From an uncultured Roseobacter sp. (GTDB taxonomy: Bacteria; Pseudomonadota; Alphaproteobacteria; Rhodobacterales; Rhodobacteraceae), in assembly GCF_947492555.1 (NCBI RefSeq), contig NZ_CANLNE010000007.1, positions 10,302 through 74,301 of the forward strand: a stretch of DNA of 64,000 nt. Direction: 5' to 3'. Positions 54,542-64,000 of this stretch are shown one piece after another (the first letter of the stretch is position 1; each line of letters begins with the position of its first letter). A model generated the notes under the pieces. The model was not told the DNA's origin and ran no database searches. It saw only the letters and a program-made list of their open reading frames with translations. Both the position numbers and the translations under genes were made by a program.

Positions 54542-55103
54542 GCTGCCAGAGCCCTACGACCTTCTCCCGACAACTGCGCGTCAGTCGCACACAATTGCGG
54601 CTGGCGACGTGCTCTTCCAACAGGGTGCAAGGACCCGGGGCCTCTATGTGCTGATAACCGGGCGTGTGCATCTCGAACGGGTTGGTCCGAATGGCGAGCG
54701 GCTCATCATTCACCGGGCGACATCCGGGACCAGCTTTGCCGAAGCCTCGGTCTTTTCGGAGCGCTATCATTGCGATGCCATCGTGATGGATGCAGGTGAG
54801 TTGGTCCGGATCGACAAGTCCGCGGTTCTCGCCGCCTTCGCGAACCCGGATTTTGCGCGGGCCTATGGACGCCATGCGGCCCAACAGGTTCAGGCGCACC
54901 GGCAGATCATGGAAATTGTCGGCATCCGACGCGCCGAGGATCGGGTGATGGCGGGGATCGTTGCGGGTCTTCTGGATGGCACCGTCATCGACTTTGCCGC
55001 GCGCCTCCAGCTGACGCATGAGGCGACCTACCGTGCGCTGCGGGCGCTTGTCGAAGCGGGCCGGGTTACAAACCCGTCCCGTGGGACCTACCGATTGGCC
55101 TAG
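54540..55103 (+). CDS. Crp/Fnr family transcriptional regulator
   Basis: GDVLFQQG, GTSFAEAS cNMP-binding fold; C-terminal LTHEATYRAL HTH. Confidence 0.88.
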   Translation: MLPEPYDLLPTTARQSHTIAAGDVLFQQGARTRGLYVLITGRVHLERVGPNGERLIIHRATSGTSFAEASVFSERYHCDAIVMDAGELVRIDKSAVLAAFANPDFARAYGRHAAQQVQAHRQIMEIVGIRRAEDRVMAGIVAGLLDGTVIDFAARLQLTHEATYRALRALVEAGRVTNPSRGTYRLA

Positions 55104-55549
55104 CTATGACTGGCAAAGACCGATGTCGCGCCATCGGGCCCGACAAGCAGCGTATCAAACGTATCGCCGGCACCGGGACCGCCCATGCCGGGGGAACTCA
55201 TCGGCATACCCGGTACGCTCAGCCCGCGCGCCGCCGGTTGCTCTGAAAGAAGCCGGGCGATGTCCTCAGCCGGCACATGGCCCTCAATGAAATAATCGCC
55301 CACCACGGCGGTGTGGCAACCGGCCAGTTCCGGCGCGATCCGGAGCCTGTCTTTCAGCGCATAGAGGGCGTCCTGATCGACATCCTGGGCCTCGACCAGA
55401 AATCCGGCTTGCCGGACATGATCGACCCAGGCCGTGCAGCATCCGCAGGTCGGGGTTTTGACAACCTTGATGATGGGCCCGGCATCAGCCATGGCCGGGA
55501 GCGCGATTGTGGCGGCAGCGCCGGTCAGCAGAAAGCTACGTCGTTTCAT
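55100..55549 (-). CDS. DUF411 family metal-binding protein
   Basis: RRSFLL Tat-like leader; KTPTCGCCTAWVDH, GCHTA, IEGHVPA, GLSVPGMP. Confidence 0.88.
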   Translation of the reverse strand: MKRRSFLLTGAAATIALPAMADAGPIIKVVKTPTCGCCTAWVDHVRQAGFLVEAQDVDQDALYALKDRLRIAPELAGCHTAVVGDYFIEGHVPAEDIARLLSEQPAARGLSVPGMPMSSPGMGGPGAGDTFDTLLVGPDGATSVFASHS

Positions 55550-56559
55550 GTGTCGTTTCCTTTTGAATTGCGTTCGAGATTAGCATCCGGAGCGGCACTG
55601 TCGAGGTGATCGCGGTGCGCAGGTGGTTCATGAAGCTCTGCCTGCGGCCCCATCGATTGCGTGACGTCCAAATCGTCCGCGTGGCGCTCGTCGAGGCAGT
55701 CCGTTTCAAGCTGCAGGGTCACCATGTGAAACCGGTGATGCTTGGTCAGGTGCGTATAGGCGGTCTCAAGGATGCGCGCGGCATCGGCAGGTTCTGCATG
55801 GCGCAGATGGGCCGAGAAGGCGTGCTTGCCGCTGGTCAGGGTCCAGGCGTGGACATGGTGGACATCGAGAACGCCGTCCTGCGCGCGCAGATCAGCGGTC
55901 ACGGCCGAGAGATCAGTATCTTCCGGGGTCCCTTCCAACAGAATATGCACCGCCTCGCGGATAACTCCGATCGAGGCCCAGAGGAGCACGACCCCGAAGG
56001 CCATACCAAGGATCGGATCGATCGCCAGAAAGCCGGTGAACTCGATGACGAGCGCGGTCACGATGATCAACAGGCTGCCGACGAAGGTCTGGATGATGTG
56101 CCAGAGGGCCCCGCGGGAATTCAGATCATCCTGGCTGGATTTCCACATCAGGCCGAGCGAGATCACCTCAGTGACCAAGCCACCGAAGGCCACCCAGAGC
56201 ATCGGTCCCGTGGGCAGATGGATCGGATTTCCGAGCCGCATCGCCCCCATCCAGATCACCAGAAGCGCCATGCCGAGAAGAAAGCCTCCATTCACCAGCG
56301 CGCCAATGATCTCTGCGCGATACCACCCGTAACTGCGCGCCATATCCGCCGGGCGGCGCGCGATCCGCTGCGCGATGATGGCGACGAGCACGCCCCCGAC
56401 GGCGGACAACGTGTGAAACGCATCTGACAGCACCGCGATCGAGCCGGTCCAGAGCCCGACGGCCAGTTCGATCACGAAGTAGATGCCGGTCAGCCAGGCG
56501 GATATGACCAGAGCTTTTCCCGACGACGGCATATGTCCCGCATGTGAATGAGTGGCCAT
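55546..56559 (-). CDS. CDF-family cation efflux transporter
   Basis: SIAVLSDAFH, SYGWYRAE, GALWHIIQT, HHVHAW; His-rich N-terminus. Confidence 0.9.
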   Translation of the reverse strand: MATHSHAGHMPSSGKALVISAWLTGIYFVIELAVGLWTGSIAVLSDAFHTLSAVGGVLVAIIAQRIARRPADMARSYGWYRAEIIGALVNGGFLLGMALLVIWMGAMRLGNPIHLPTGPMLWVAFGGLVTEVISLGLMWKSSQDDLNSRGALWHIIQTFVGSLLIIVTALVIEFTGFLAIDPILGMAFGVVLLWASIGVIREAVHILLEGTPEDTDLSAVTADLRAQDGVLDVHHVHAWTLTSGKHAFSAHLRHAEPADAARILETAYTHLTKHHRFHMVTLQLETDCLDERHADDLDVTQSMGPQAELHEPPAHRDHLDSAAPDANLERNSKGNDT

Positions 56560-56560
56560 G

Positions 56561-57220
56561 TCAGATCTCCTTCTTTGGAGTGCGGCGGTCGCGCCAGACC
56601 GCAAAGAGGACGGAAAGGGCGGTAAATGCGCCAAGCGCCAGCGCCGTCCAGGTGGCGGTTTGCACGTCCCCATTCATGGCTTCGCTGCCGAGATGGGCCA
56701 GCAAGAAGCTGGCCGGTATGATCCCCGCGAGTGTCGCCAGGGCAAACCGCCAAAGGTGCAGGGCGCTCAACCCAGCCGCGTAGCTGACCATGTCGAAGGA
56801 CAGGAACGGCAGCAGTCGGCTTCCGAACACCAGAAACGTCAGTGTATTCTGTGACCCCAGAAGTCCACGCCCGATCGTCTCGCCGACATGGCGTTCCACG
56901 AAAGAGCGTCCCAGCCTGCGCGCGAGCAGAAACGCGGCAAGCGCGCCGATCTCTGCGCCGAGCACGACGAGCAGTGTTCCGTAGGTGTGACCATAGGCGG
57001 CCCCGGCAGCCAGCGCGATCGGCGCCGAGGGCAGGGGACTGGCCACGATCGCCAGCGTCATCAGCGCCACGACCAGAAGCGGACCAAGAAGACCAGCCGC
57101 CTCGATCCAAAGGCGCAGGTCGTCGCGCTCCGGCAGATCGGCATCGAGCCCCGCAAGGTCCGGACGCGCCAGGACGAGAAGCAAGAGCCCCAGAAGGACA
57201 AGAACAACGACACGCACCAT
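56561..57220 (-). CDS. TVP38/TMEM64 (DedA superfamily) membrane protein
   Basis: PSAPIALAAGAAYG, FLLARRLGR, RLLPFLSFDMVSYAAG, LAGIIP. Confidence 0.88.
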   Translation of the reverse strand: MVRVVVLVLLGLLLLVLARPDLAGLDADLPERDDLRLWIEAAGLLGPLLVVALMTLAIVASPLPSAPIALAAGAAYGHTYGTLLVVLGAEIGALAAFLLARRLGRSFVERHVGETIGRGLLGSQNTLTFLVFGSRLLPFLSFDMVSYAAGLSALHLWRFALATLAGIIPASFLLAHLGSEAMNGDVQTATWTALALGAFTALSVLFAVWRDRRTPKKEI

Positions 57221-57223
57221 GGC

Positions 57224-57670
57224 CTACCTCGTATAAAGCAGCACAAGAAAGGCTGCCGCCATCAGGTCAAAGACGACGCAAAACGGGATGTACCAGTGTG
57301 GGACCCGGGCAAGGCGGACCGCATTGTGATGGGCAAGATCCCACAGTGCATGGAGCGCGAGACCCAGAGGCAAGGCTGCCCAATGCCAAAGGAGACCCGC
57401 TACGGCCGCCGCACCAAAGACGAGAGCAACTGCCAGCTCAGACCAGAACACGGAGCGACGGCCATCGGCGGCACCGAACCCGATATAGGCCCCGCCGATC
57501 AGGGCCAGTGTGACCGCTGCCAAGGCAAGCGAGTCTGCCTGTTCCAGGAGGAGGTGGGCGGGCATTGTGACCACAAAAAGCGCAAATCCGATCCACGCGG
57601 GCGCCGCCATGGTCCGGTGCGCTGATTGGGCGGGATGTTGTCCCGATATGTCTGGTCTTGCGCCTGTCAT
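57224..57670 (-). CDS. multi-pass membrane hypothetical protein
   Basis: IGGAYIGF, LHALWDLAHH, WYIPFCVVFD; start may be ATG 57610. Confidence 0.72.
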   Translation of the reverse strand: MTGARPDISGQHPAQSAHRTMAAPAWIGFALFVVTMPAHLLLEQADSLALAAVTLALIGGAYIGFGAADGRRSVFWSELAVALVFGAAAVAGLLWHWAALPLGLALHALWDLAHHNAVRLARVPHWYIPFCVVFDLMAAAFLVLLYTR

Positions 57671-57723
57671 GCCGCGTCAGATGGGACTTCCAGCAGCTGG
57701 AGGGTCAAGACATGTCAGGTCTA

Positions 57724-57743
57724 TTGATACATATTGCGACAAA
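57724..57743 (+). promoter_or_regulatory. putative OmpR-family tandem binding box
   Basis: TTGATACATA-ttgcg-ACAAA; same frame recurs at 60057-60076. Confidence 0.6.
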
Positions 57744-57855
57744 CGAGGTGCGGGTCTTTCCCGAAAGAACAATCTATTCTGGGTGTTATGGAACTCAATC
57801 TATTGAACAGTAGGCCGATCGGCCAGACGTGCCGATGTGTGGGACCCGATCGCTG

Positions 57856-58584
57856 ATGGCGGCATCGGCGCATATTCTGGTCGTCGATGATCATGCCGAG
57901 ATCCGGCACTCCGTGACGCGCTACCTGGAGAAAAACGGGCTGCGCGCGACGGGAGCCAAAAGTGCGGGCGAGATGGATGCACGGTTGGGCGAGGACAAAT
58001 TCGATCTGATCGTGCTTGATATCATGATGCCAGGAGAGGACGGGCTCGCGGCCTGCGCACGGCTGCGCCGGGAGCAGCAGCAAACGCCGATTCTCATGCT
58101 AACGGCGCTCGGCGACGATGACGCTCGGATCAAGGGGCTCGACACCGGTGCAGATGACTATCTGGCCAAGCCCTTCAATCCGCGCGAGCTTCTGGCACGG
58201 ATCAATGCGATCCTGCGCCGTGCGGGAGACGGATATGCGCCCCATGGCGGAACATTTGCGGGCAAGCGGGCCGTATTTGCCGGGATCACATTCGATCACG
58301 ACGCCAGCCATGTCATTTGCCCCGATGGCACGGTCAATACATTGACCACGGCCGAAGCAAAGCTGCTGACGGTCTTACTTGAGCGTCCTCGGGCGGTGAT
58401 CGGCCGGGATGAGCTTCTGGAATTGAGCGCCGGCCGTGTCGCCGGACCATTTGACCGGACGATCGACAATCAAGTTTCGCGCCTGCGCCGGAAAATCGAA
58501 CCCGATGTGCTTCGCCCCCGGATCATATCGACCGTGCGCAATGGTGGATATTGCCTGAACTGTGATGTGGAGGTCGAGGCCTGA
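57856..58584 (+). CDS. OmpR-family response regulator
   Basis: HILVVDD, LDIMMPG (phospho-Asp), DDYLAKPF, RTIDNQVSRLRRKI. Confidence 0.95.
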   Translation: MAASAHILVVDDHAEIRHSVTRYLEKNGLRATGAKSAGEMDARLGEDKFDLIVLDIMMPGEDGLAACARLRREQQQTPILMLTALGDDDARIKGLDTGADDYLAKPFNPRELLARINAILRRAGDGYAPHGGTFAGKRAVFAGITFDHDASHVICPDGTVNTLTTAEAKLLTVLLERPRAVIGRDELLELSAGRVAGPFDRTIDNQVSRLRRKIEPDVLRPRIISTVRNGGYCLNCDVEVEA

Positions 58585-60035
58585 TGCGAATGGGGTTCCG
58601 CTCACAGATCGCCCTTTTGGTGGTGGTGGTCCTGTTCGTGGCGCAGGTCGTGGGTTTGTGGCTTTTCGTCGATGAACGGTCGCTTGCCGTGCAGGCGGCC
58701 ATCGGCAGCGAGGCAGCCGGACGCGCAGCAAACGTCGCCCGTCTGATCGAGGAAGCACCGCCGACGTTGCATGAGGATATCGTGGCGGCGGCAAACTCGC
58801 CCCTTGTACGCTTCGATCTCGGCGACACGCCTGCCGTAACGCACACCCACCATGATGAGAACGGAGCGATCGAAGCGCGCGTGCGTGCGCTTTTGAACGA
58901 TGGCTACACCCGCGATATTCGGGTCGAAGTGCATGAGATTGAACAGGGGCTGTTGCCGCTGCCGAACCTCTCTCCGGAAATGGCGGAAATGCACGCCGAG
59001 ATGATGCAGGGCACCCTGGCGGCCCTCGAGATGGAGGTCTCGATCGCCATTGCCGGAGGCCAATGGCTGAACGTCGCCACCCGGTTCGAGCGGCCGCCCA
59101 TACAATGGTCCTGGGCCTCCACCCTCTCTTTCGTGTTGACGGCCGCCGTGTTGCTGCTTGCGATCTTCTGGTTTCTGCTGACGCGCCTGACGCGGCCACT
59201 GAATGATCTCGCCGCGGCAGCCGAGGAGTTCGGGCGCGGTGGCCGGCAAGGACCCCTCACGCCGGTCGGCCCAAATGAAGTGCGGAACCTGACGACGGCC
59301 TTCAATGACATGCAAACGCGCCTGGCTCGCTTCGTCACGGACAGGACGCAAATGCTGGCCGCCCTGGCCCATGACTTGAGATCGCCACTCACCGCGCTCA
59401 GGGTTCATGCCGAGATGGTGGAGGATGCGGAGACCAAGACCGGCATCACGGCCTCTCTTGACGAGATGCAGGATATGGTGGAAGCCACGCTGGCCTATGC
59501 GCGCGGTGTGGGACAGGACGAGGCCCTGCAACGGACCGAGATTGGCGCGTTCCTGACCGACATTCGGGACGCAACCCACGGTGCGTTGGACGTGCGCCCG
59601 GGACCCGAGGCAACGGTGCAGATCAAGCCGAAGGCACTGCGTCGTGCTTTGCGCAATCTCATCGACAATGCGGGGCGCTACGGGCGCAACCCGACCCTAA
59701 CCTGGGGCGTCTCTGACGAGAGCATCGAGATTTTGGTCGAGGACGATGGGCCGGGGATCCCCGATGACCGGTTGCGCGATGTCTTCCAGCCCTTCCTGCG
59801 CCTTGAGGGATCGCGCTCCCGCGAAACCGGAGGCCATGGGCTAGGCCTTTCAATCGCCCGCAGCATCGTTTTGCAACACGGCGGCGCGATCACCCTGTCG
59901 AACCGTGCAGAGGGTGGACTCCGTGCGCGCATCGTCTTGCCCGTGACTGCGCATCAAGCTGCAATGACATCTCCGTCAGAGCATCCCGAAGCGCGCGCCG
60001 AAACCGGATTTTCGGCTCGGACCAAAAAAGTGTAG
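58584..60035 (+). CDS. sensor histidine kinase (HAMP, HisKA, HATPase)
   Basis: LAHDLRSPL, RNLIDNA, DDGPGIP, GHGLGLSI; His/Met-rich periplasmic domain (THTHHDE, EMAEMHAEMM). Confidence 0.95.
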   Translation: MRMGFRSQIALLVVVVLFVAQVVGLWLFVDERSLAVQAAIGSEAAGRAANVARLIEEAPPTLHEDIVAAANSPLVRFDLGDTPAVTHTHHDENGAIEARVRALLNDGYTRDIRVEVHEIEQGLLPLPNLSPEMAEMHAEMMQGTLAALEMEVSIAIAGGQWLNVATRFERPPIQWSWASTLSFVLTAAVLLLAIFWFLLTRLTRPLNDLAAAAEEFGRGGRQGPLTPVGPNEVRNLTTAFNDMQTRLARFVTDRTQMLAALAHDLRSPLTALRVHAEMVEDAETKTGITASLDEMQDMVEATLAYARGVGQDEALQRTEIGAFLTDIRDATHGALDVRPGPEATVQIKPKALRRALRNLIDNAGRYGRNPTLTWGVSDESIEILVEDDGPGIPDDRLRDVFQPFLRLEGSRSRETGGHGLGLSIARSIVLQHGGAITLSNRAEGGLRARIVLPVTAHQAAMTSPSEHPEARAETGFSARTKKV

Positions 60036-60056
60036 CGCCGCCGTCCAACCGGCGGG

Positions 60057-60076
60057 TTGATACATAACCTTACAAA
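60057..60076 (+). promoter_or_regulatory. putative OmpR-family tandem binding box upstream of the cop operon
   Basis: TTGATACATA-acctt-ACAAA. Confidence 0.6.
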
Positions 60077-60156
60077 ATTCCGGGCCTTCCTGCGTTCCGT
60101 CGCTCACTGATCTTCGATAGAAAACAAAGCGTTCGACATGGAAACGAGGCAGAGCC

Positions 60157-60726
60157 ATGCAGGCAAGAAATCGATCCTTTTGGTCGCGTCGTCATTTTGT
60201 CGGCGGCGTCGGCGCGGCGCTCCTGTTTGCGCCTTCGGTGCTGCGCGCAGAACCACGCGCACCGGTTCGGCGCAACGCTTCGAGCTTCAGAACCCACGAT
60301 TGGCAAGACCACTTCGATCATCTGGGCAAAGGCATCATTATCGCGGACACCAATTCCCGTGCGCTTCAGCAATGGACAGGCGACGGTGAAATGTTTCTTT
60401 ATCCGACATCGGTTCCAATGACGGATGAGCTGACGCGGCGGGGCTATACAGAGATCGTTTTCAAAGATCCTGAGCCGGATTGGACGCCCACGCCATCCAT
60501 GCGCGAGCGCGATCCGTCCTTGCCGGCCTATATGCCGCCAGGTCCAGACAATCCGCTCGGGGTGCGGTCGCTGCATTTGACCTGGCAATATTATCGCATT
60601 CACGGGACACACGATACGCGCAAGATTGGTCGTCGTTCGTCGAGCGGCTGCATCGGCCTCTACAACGAACATATCATTGAGGTTTACAATCGGACACCGG
60701 TCGGAACGCAGGTCAAATTGATCTGA
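60157..60726 (+). CDS. L,D-transpeptidase (YkuD family), Tat-exported
   Basis: SRRHFV Tat motif; NPLGVR, YRIHGT, SSGCIGL. Confidence 0.92.
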   Translation: MQARNRSFWSRRHFVGGVGAALLFAPSVLRAEPRAPVRRNASSFRTHDWQDHFDHLGKGIIIADTNSRALQQWTGDGEMFLYPTSVPMTDELTRRGYTEIVFKDPEPDWTPTPSMRERDPSLPAYMPPGPDNPLGVRSLHLTWQYYRIHGTHDTRKIGRRSSSGCIGLYNEHIIEVYNRTPVGTQVKLI

Positions 60727-61166
60727 TGGGGCGTTACACGATCTTATCCGTCGCCCTTGCGGTGGTTCTTGGCATTGGCTTCTGGTGGACAGGACCAACT
60801 GACGATGACGTGGCAACGACCACGGACGACGCGTCTCGCGCCAACGGGCCCATGGTCGATGTCGCCTTGCCGGAAGCGCTGTCGGCCAACGCGGAGGTCG
60901 GCAAACTGGCCTACGATGCGAAATGTGCAGCCTGTCACGGCGCAAATGCGGCCGGGCAGGACGGTGTGGCGCCCCCTCTTGTGCATAAAATCTACGAACC
61001 CAGCCACCATGGGGATGCCGCCTTCCTTCTGGCGGCCAAGAATGGTGTCCGTGCGCATCATTGGCGCTTTGGGAACATGCCGCCGGTCGAAGGTGTCACC
61101 GATGGCGATGTGAAAATGATCGTGGCCTACGTGCGTGAGTTGCAACGCGCGAATGGTATAAACTGA
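60726..61166 (+). CDS. membrane-anchored cytochrome c
   Basis: CAACHG haem motif; HWRFGNMP. Confidence 0.9.
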   Translation: MGRYTILSVALAVVLGIGFWWTGPTDDDVATTTDDASRANGPMVDVALPEALSANAEVGKLAYDAKCAACHGANAAGQDGVAPPLVHKIYEPSHHGDAAFLLAAKNGVRAHHWRFGNMPPVEGVTDGDVKMIVAYVRELQRANGIN

Positions 61167-61192
61167 CTGAAGAAACCGACGAAGGACGATCC

Positions 61193-61537
61193 GTGATATA
61201 CAGAGTCGCACTGACAATTTTTTTGGCGCTGACCAGCGCGCAAGCCCTCGCCCATTCTGAAAAGGAAAGCATGACGCCTGCAGACGGAGCCATTCTTGAC
61301 GCCGTACCAGAGACGATTGGATTGCGCTTCAACGATGGGATGCGATTGACGAAAGTCGAAATGACCCATGCTGAGACGCACACCGAGGCTCTGGATCTCG
61401 GCACCCAATCCGGTTTTGTCAAAGAATTCTCGCTTCCTCTCACACCCATGGGGCCGGGCATGTATCACATTGAATGGCGCGGGCTTGGTGTTGATGGGCA
61501 CCCGATGACCGGTGTCTTCTCGTTTGAAGTGAAGTGA
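61193..61537 (+). CDS. copC: copper resistance protein CopC
   Basis: Signal peptide ending ALA-H; PADG, DGHPMTG. Confidence 0.88.
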   Translation: MIYRVALTIFLALTSAQALAHSEKESMTPADGAILDAVPETIGLRFNDGMRLTKVEMTHAETHTEALDLGTQSGFVKEFSLPLTPMGPGMYHIEWRGLGVDGHPMTGVFSFEVK

Positions 61538-61540
61538 GCG

Positions 61541-62407
61541 GTGCCGGATATCTGGGGACAGGCTGCGGTTGCCACAAAGTTTTTGCTCTATCTCGGCGTC
61601 CTCACGAGTGCCGGGCTGATACTCTGTCGCCAAGTCTTTTCCGAGCAGTTGGCTGGGCTCGACCGTTTTCTACGGGCCTGGGCCGTCTTCTTTGCTCTTT
61701 TGGCGGCTGCAATGTCATTCCTCGGCTTTGCCGTGCGGGGCGCAGTGCTCATGGATGATGCTTCAGGCATGACTGATCTGGCGATCCTGGCGTTGCTCTG
61801 GGAAACGCCGCCCGGAGACGCCCTGCTGTTGCGGCTACTGGGCCTGGGGGCACTCCTGACCGGTGTGGTCTTGGGGGGGCGGTGGCTATGGGTCGCGCTC
61901 TTGGGCAGTTTCTTGGCAATCTGGAGTTTTTGCGAGATCGGTCATGTCGCCAGCGAAGATCGCCTGTGGTTTCAGAGCGTCTTGTTCGGTCATCTGATCG
62001 TTGCCGCATTCTGGATCGGCGTCCTTCTTCCGCTCCATAAGCTTGCGGGGTCTGCGGACACATTGCGAGTTGCTGCCGTGCTTGGACATCGCTTTGGACA
62101 GGTCGCATCTGTTGCGGTCCCACTCCTACTACTCGCTGGCGTGGTAATGACCTGGCGACTGGTGGGTTCGTTTTCCGCGCTTCTCGGCACTGCCTATGGT
62201 TTGACACTTCTGGCAAAGATTGCCGTCGTGACGCTGCTTCTGGCCCTTGCCGCCATCAACAAAACACGGATTGTGCCCGCTTTGCAGAGCGGTGATCCCA
62301 AAGCTGGGCCGCACCTTGCAAGATCGATTTCTGTCGAATGGGTTTGTATCAGTGTCATCTTGCTTGCCACGGCTGTCTTCACCTCAATCCTAACGGTGCC
62401 ATCATGA
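61541..62407 (+). CDS. copD: copper resistance protein CopD
   Basis: Multi-TM; GH, HLIVAAFWIG, YGLTLLAK; follows copC. Confidence 0.85.
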   Translation: MPDIWGQAAVATKFLLYLGVLTSAGLILCRQVFSEQLAGLDRFLRAWAVFFALLAAAMSFLGFAVRGAVLMDDASGMTDLAILALLWETPPGDALLLRLLGLGALLTGVVLGGRWLWVALLGSFLAIWSFCEIGHVASEDRLWFQSVLFGHLIVAAFWIGVLLPLHKLAGSADTLRVAAVLGHRFGQVASVAVPLLLLAGVVMTWRLVGSFSALLGTAYGLTLLAKIAVVTLLLALAAINKTRIVPALQSGDPKAGPHLARSISVEWVCISVILLATAVFTSILTVPS

Positions 62408-63789
62408 AACTTTCAAAACGCGATTTTCTTCGCATGAGTGCTGCCGGTTTGGCGTGCATGCCGAATTCACTGTTCGCGCAGACAGACATGCGCGCGGTGA
62501 CAGCCCGGGTCGCAGATATACAGCTTTTGCCTGATGACTATGGAAAAACGCAGATCTGGGGGTTCGATGGTATCGCGCCGGGCCCGGAAATCCGGGTTAC
62601 GCAAGGCGCGCGGGTACAGAGACGTATTATCAATGAGTTACCCGATCCGACATCGACCCATTGGCACGGGATCCGCATCGACAATGCGATGGACGGGGTG
62701 GCCGGTCTGACGCAGGACGCCATTCGCCCTGGGGACAGCTTTGACTACGATTTCGTTGTCCCCGACGCGGGCACCTACTGGTATCACGCGCACAACCGCT
62801 CGTTCGAGCAGGTCGCACGTGGTCTTCAGGGTGCGCTGATCGTCGAAGAGCCGGAGCCGATCGATATCGATCGGGAAGAGGTCCTGATCCTTGACGATTG
62901 GCGCATCGATCCGGAAACAGCTCAGATTGCGGATACCTTCGGGGCGATGCATGACCTCAGCCATGCCGGGCGCCTTGGGAACTACATCACAACGAACGGC
63001 GTCTACAATCTCGCGAAGAATGTGAAACGGCATGAGCGTCTACGCCTGCGGCTGATCAATGCATCGAACGCCCGGATTTTCCAACTCGCGCTGGAGGGGC
63101 TCGAAGGCTGGATTGTGGCCATGGACGGGATGCCGCTGGCCGTGCCGCAACCCGTGGAAGGTTCATTCCTGCTGTCGTCGGCACAACGGGTGGACCTGAT
63201 CGTCGACGTGACCGCAGAGGTCGGCAGCGCGGGCCATATCGTGCAATTGAGCCGCGATGAAAGCTTTTCTCAGGTGGCTTTCGGGGTGACAGGCGACGGT
63301 ACAAGCGCGCGGCGCGGAACGCCTCAACCCTTGCCGCCGAATGCCCATGCCATGCCCGATCTGGGATCGGCAAGGGACATCGCATTGCTGATGGAAGGGG
63401 GGGCCATGGGCGGCATGCGCGGTGCCATGATGGGCGGTCGGATGTCTTCGATGCGCGACATGATGGAGACAGGAAACTTCTGGGCCTTCAATGGCGCGGT
63501 GGGTGGCATGGATGGTCCAGCACTGGCGGAGTTGTCGCGTGGCGAAACCGTTCGGCTGAAGATCACCAATGACACATCGTTTCCGCATGCCATGCATCTT
63601 CATGGCATGCATTTTCACGAGATCGCACCCGATGGCAGCCTCGGCGCGCTGCGCGACACCACGCTGCTCGACCGGGGCGAAGTGCGCGACATTGCCTTCG
63701 TGGCAGACAACCCAGGAAAATGGCTGCTGCATTGCCATATGCTGTCACACGCAGCGTCCGGCATGATGACATGGGTCAATGTGGCATGA
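62404..63789 (+). CDS. multicopper oxidase (CopA/CueO-like), Tat-exported
   Basis: KRDFL leader; HWHG, WYHAH, HAMHLHG, HCHMLSHAASGM. Confidence 0.95.
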   Translation: MKLSKRDFLRMSAAGLACMPNSLFAQTDMRAVTARVADIQLLPDDYGKTQIWGFDGIAPGPEIRVTQGARVQRRIINELPDPTSTHWHGIRIDNAMDGVAGLTQDAIRPGDSFDYDFVVPDAGTYWYHAHNRSFEQVARGLQGALIVEEPEPIDIDREEVLILDDWRIDPETAQIADTFGAMHDLSHAGRLGNYITTNGVYNLAKNVKRHERLRLRLINASNARIFQLALEGLEGWIVAMDGMPLAVPQPVEGSFLLSSAQRVDLIVDVTAEVGSAGHIVQLSRDESFSQVAFGVTGDGTSARRGTPQPLPPNAHAMPDLGSARDIALLMEGGAMGGMRGAMMGGRMSSMRDMMETGNFWAFNGAVGGMDGPALAELSRGETVRLKITNDTSFPHAMHLHGMHFHEIAPDGSLGALRDTTLLDRGEVRDIAFVADNPGKWLLHCHMLSHAASGMMTWVNVA

Positions 63790-64000
63790 GAGCGATGGCT
63801 GCCATCCTCGGGATTGGTGTCCTGACGGCGCTCGGGGCGGCAGCCTATGTCTGGACCGGGTCTGCCGAAGATGTCCAAAGCGGGGTGATGCCGGAAAGCG
63901 TCGATCTCGTGGTCGGCAAAGCGCTCTACGCCGAGACCTGTGCTGCGTGCCATGGGGCCAATCTGGAGGGTCAGGAGAACTGGCGGAGTCCGGGCGCGGA
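63786..64000 (+). CDS. cytochrome c, truncated by the window edge
   Basis: ATGA overlap with the oxidase; N-terminal TM; ETCAACHG motif. Confidence 0.82.
   Translation, partial: MRAMAAILGIGVLTALGAAAYVWTGSAEDVQSGVMPESVDLVVGKALYAETCAACHGANLEGQENWRSPGA

Overview
This window is a segment of an alphaproteobacterial (Rhodobacteraceae/Roseobacter-type, inferred from gene content) conjugative repABC plasmid. From left to right: an XRE regulator, small ORFs and an excisionase-HTH/PIN toxin-antitoxin pair (0.2-2.1 kb); a complete virB1-virB11 type IV secretion operon (2.8-13.9 kb); and a ~14.5 kb, visibly more AT-rich defence island between virB11 and virD4. Then come virD4, a VirD2/MOBP relaxase, a mob accessory gene and a T-DNA-border-like nic site (~32.94 kb); a leading region with structured leaders, ardC and a ParB-like gene, interrupted by CDF and mer metal-resistance modules; repA-repB-ctRNA-repC with parS-like repeats; and a copper/metal cluster running off the right edge. 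The island is the best candidate for a new system. It holds a full DNA phosphorothioation operon dndBCDE+dndA without dndFGH. Facing it is a PbeABCD-like operon (PLD-helicase, small protein, CxC ABC ATPase, DndE-like protein) extended by a DUF262-DUF1524 (SspE/GmrSD-like) nuclease. The island also carries a shortened DUF4007 (SspB-like) gene and a 3-TM membrane domain fused to a SAM methyltransferase. All family calls come from motif recognition by eye; no database search was run. No CRISPR array, rRNA, tRNA, transposase or integrase was recognised.
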